NCBI GenBank assembly: GCA_020137815.1
Contig: CM035355.1
Coordinates: forward strand, 248,001-312,000
DNA: 64,000 bases
Reading direction: 5' to 3'
DNA from: Hormiphora californensis
Lineage: Eukaryota; Animalia; Ctenophora
Part shown: in pieces, positions 62,697 to 64,000 of the stretch
Numbering within the stretch: position 1 is the first letter of the stretch
Layout: every line of letters begins with the position of its first letter
The notes under the pieces: model-generated
The model's database searches: none
What the model was told of the DNA's origin: nothing
Seen by the model: the letters and a program-made list of their open reading frames with translations, nothing else
Made by a program: the position numbers and the translations under genes

Positions 62697-62998
62697 CTTC
62701 TTGTCGAACATCTCCCAGTAGTGCCAATCTAACCTCTTATGGTTCAATATATGAATAACATTGGTATAGTGATCACTGATTGGTCTACCCCCCTCTATAT
62801 CTCTAGCTGGAACTTAGTACGTTACTGGATGACAGCTGTACACAGCTGTTAGTTGGCTGAAGTCCAATGAGCAGGACCAAATAACAAAGCTGAAGAAAAT
62901 GAAGGAAACTAAAACATTTGAGAAAAAAACGACGGGGATCTGTCAAACATCATACGTTGAGTAGTGTAATTTCTACCTCCTCTTCATAGCTATAGAGT

Positions 62999-63088
62999 AT
63001 AGACTCTCCCCATTAGCTATACTACATCACACTGTATCGGTATCCAGTGTGATGACGTGATGTAGTATAGCCAATGGGGAGAGTCTAT
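62999..63088. repeat. ~90-bp hairpin / mini-MITE
   Basis: atagactctccccattagctatactacatcac ... gtgatgtagtatagccaatggggagagtctat. Confidence 0.7.
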
Positions 63089-63572
63089 GTTTTGACACTT
63101 CGTTATATCCCCGATATCAGTACGTTTTCTCTATTGATGAAACTATGAACTATAGATAGCGAGGTATTATTAGACATTATATTATATATCTCTGTCAGGG
63201 ACCTTGGACAGATTTAACGAATCGCAACATAAAGCTAAGGCAAGGAATTATTAAAGGGGCGGTGGCATGGTTTCAAAAACAGATGCCCACAAAATCTAAC
63301 CTCGACACCATTACATTGCGTTTAGAATGTGGTTATGTCAAATGCACCAATCAGTCATAACTAAACATCTGTCTCTCTGACCCCCCTCTCTCTGTCTCTC
63401 TCTCTCTCTACTCTCTGGCGACCCAGCTGATGACAAATACCGCAGTTTATTTAGACCTTGTGCATTTTTTCTCCATTCCTTCTTTCATCCCAGCAAGCAA
63501 CGTGTTCTCTCCCTCTCCCCTCTCTCCCCCACCCTCTCTCCAACTCACTCTCCCCAACTCGCTCTAAATTAC

Positions 63573-63637
63573 CTGACAAGGGTGCTGCTAAACCAGGATG
63601 CCTTCGTGTCCTTCAGCTTGATCGATGTTCGTGACAT
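63573..63637 (-). CDS. PDE4 candidate alternative first or internal exon (phase 2)
   Basis: MSRTSIKLKDTKASWFSSTLV-R|gtaatt, preceded by the acceptor tttacag at ~63655, so the gene may continue beyond the window. Confidence 0.5.
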
Positions 63638-63910
63638 TGACGTTGATGAGTAAACTGTAAACCAATAAAATCAATCACCACTGCTGCTTTAGAATATCCG
63701 ATTGATTGCGGAGGCAGAAAGAGGAGCTCGTCGGTTGTTTGCGGAGGTAATAAGAGGAGCTCGTTTTTGTGATGCAGTGAAGCTCAAACAGTTGACACTA
63801 GAAAGGAGGCAAGTGCTCTTATTCCAAGGCAAAGTCCATTAATGTACACAGCTGCACCGGGCCAGAGAGTATAGTAAAGTTACACTTAGGAAGATGGTGC
63901 AGAAAAAGAA

Positions 63911-63995
<85 letters not shown>

Positions 63996-64000
63996 AAGGG

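Overview
Eukaryotic genomic DNA with many introns and many (AG)n tracts. It is probably from a marine invertebrate; the short introns, AG microsatellites, nested gene and repeat types suggest a ctenophore, which is inference only. Host genes read by hand across GT-AG junctions: (1) a type II membrane GH31 sucrase-isomaltase/maltase-glucoamylase-like gene (+, 11124-18069) with degenerate catalytic motifs; (2) a two-exon orphan transmembrane gene nested antisense in one of its introns (15943-16482); (3) DNAL4 (+); (4) an AGFG1-type ArfGAP (+, 21961-32417) with a ~4-kb foldback palindrome in intron 2; (5) a PDE4/dunce-type phosphodiesterase (-, 38029 to at least 63637) with about five frame-compatible alternative first exons. 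The remainder is rich in non-autonomous elements. These include two divergent ORF1-only LINE derivatives with microsatellite tails, a deleted CRE-like retrotransposon, TIR elements with 2-, 5-, 6-, 7-, 8- and 9-bp TSDs, and a Merlin-like element carrying a CCHC zinc-knuckle ORF. Two single-base frameshifts in otherwise intact genes are probably assembly errors. Exon boundaries are hand-derived and no database searches were run.
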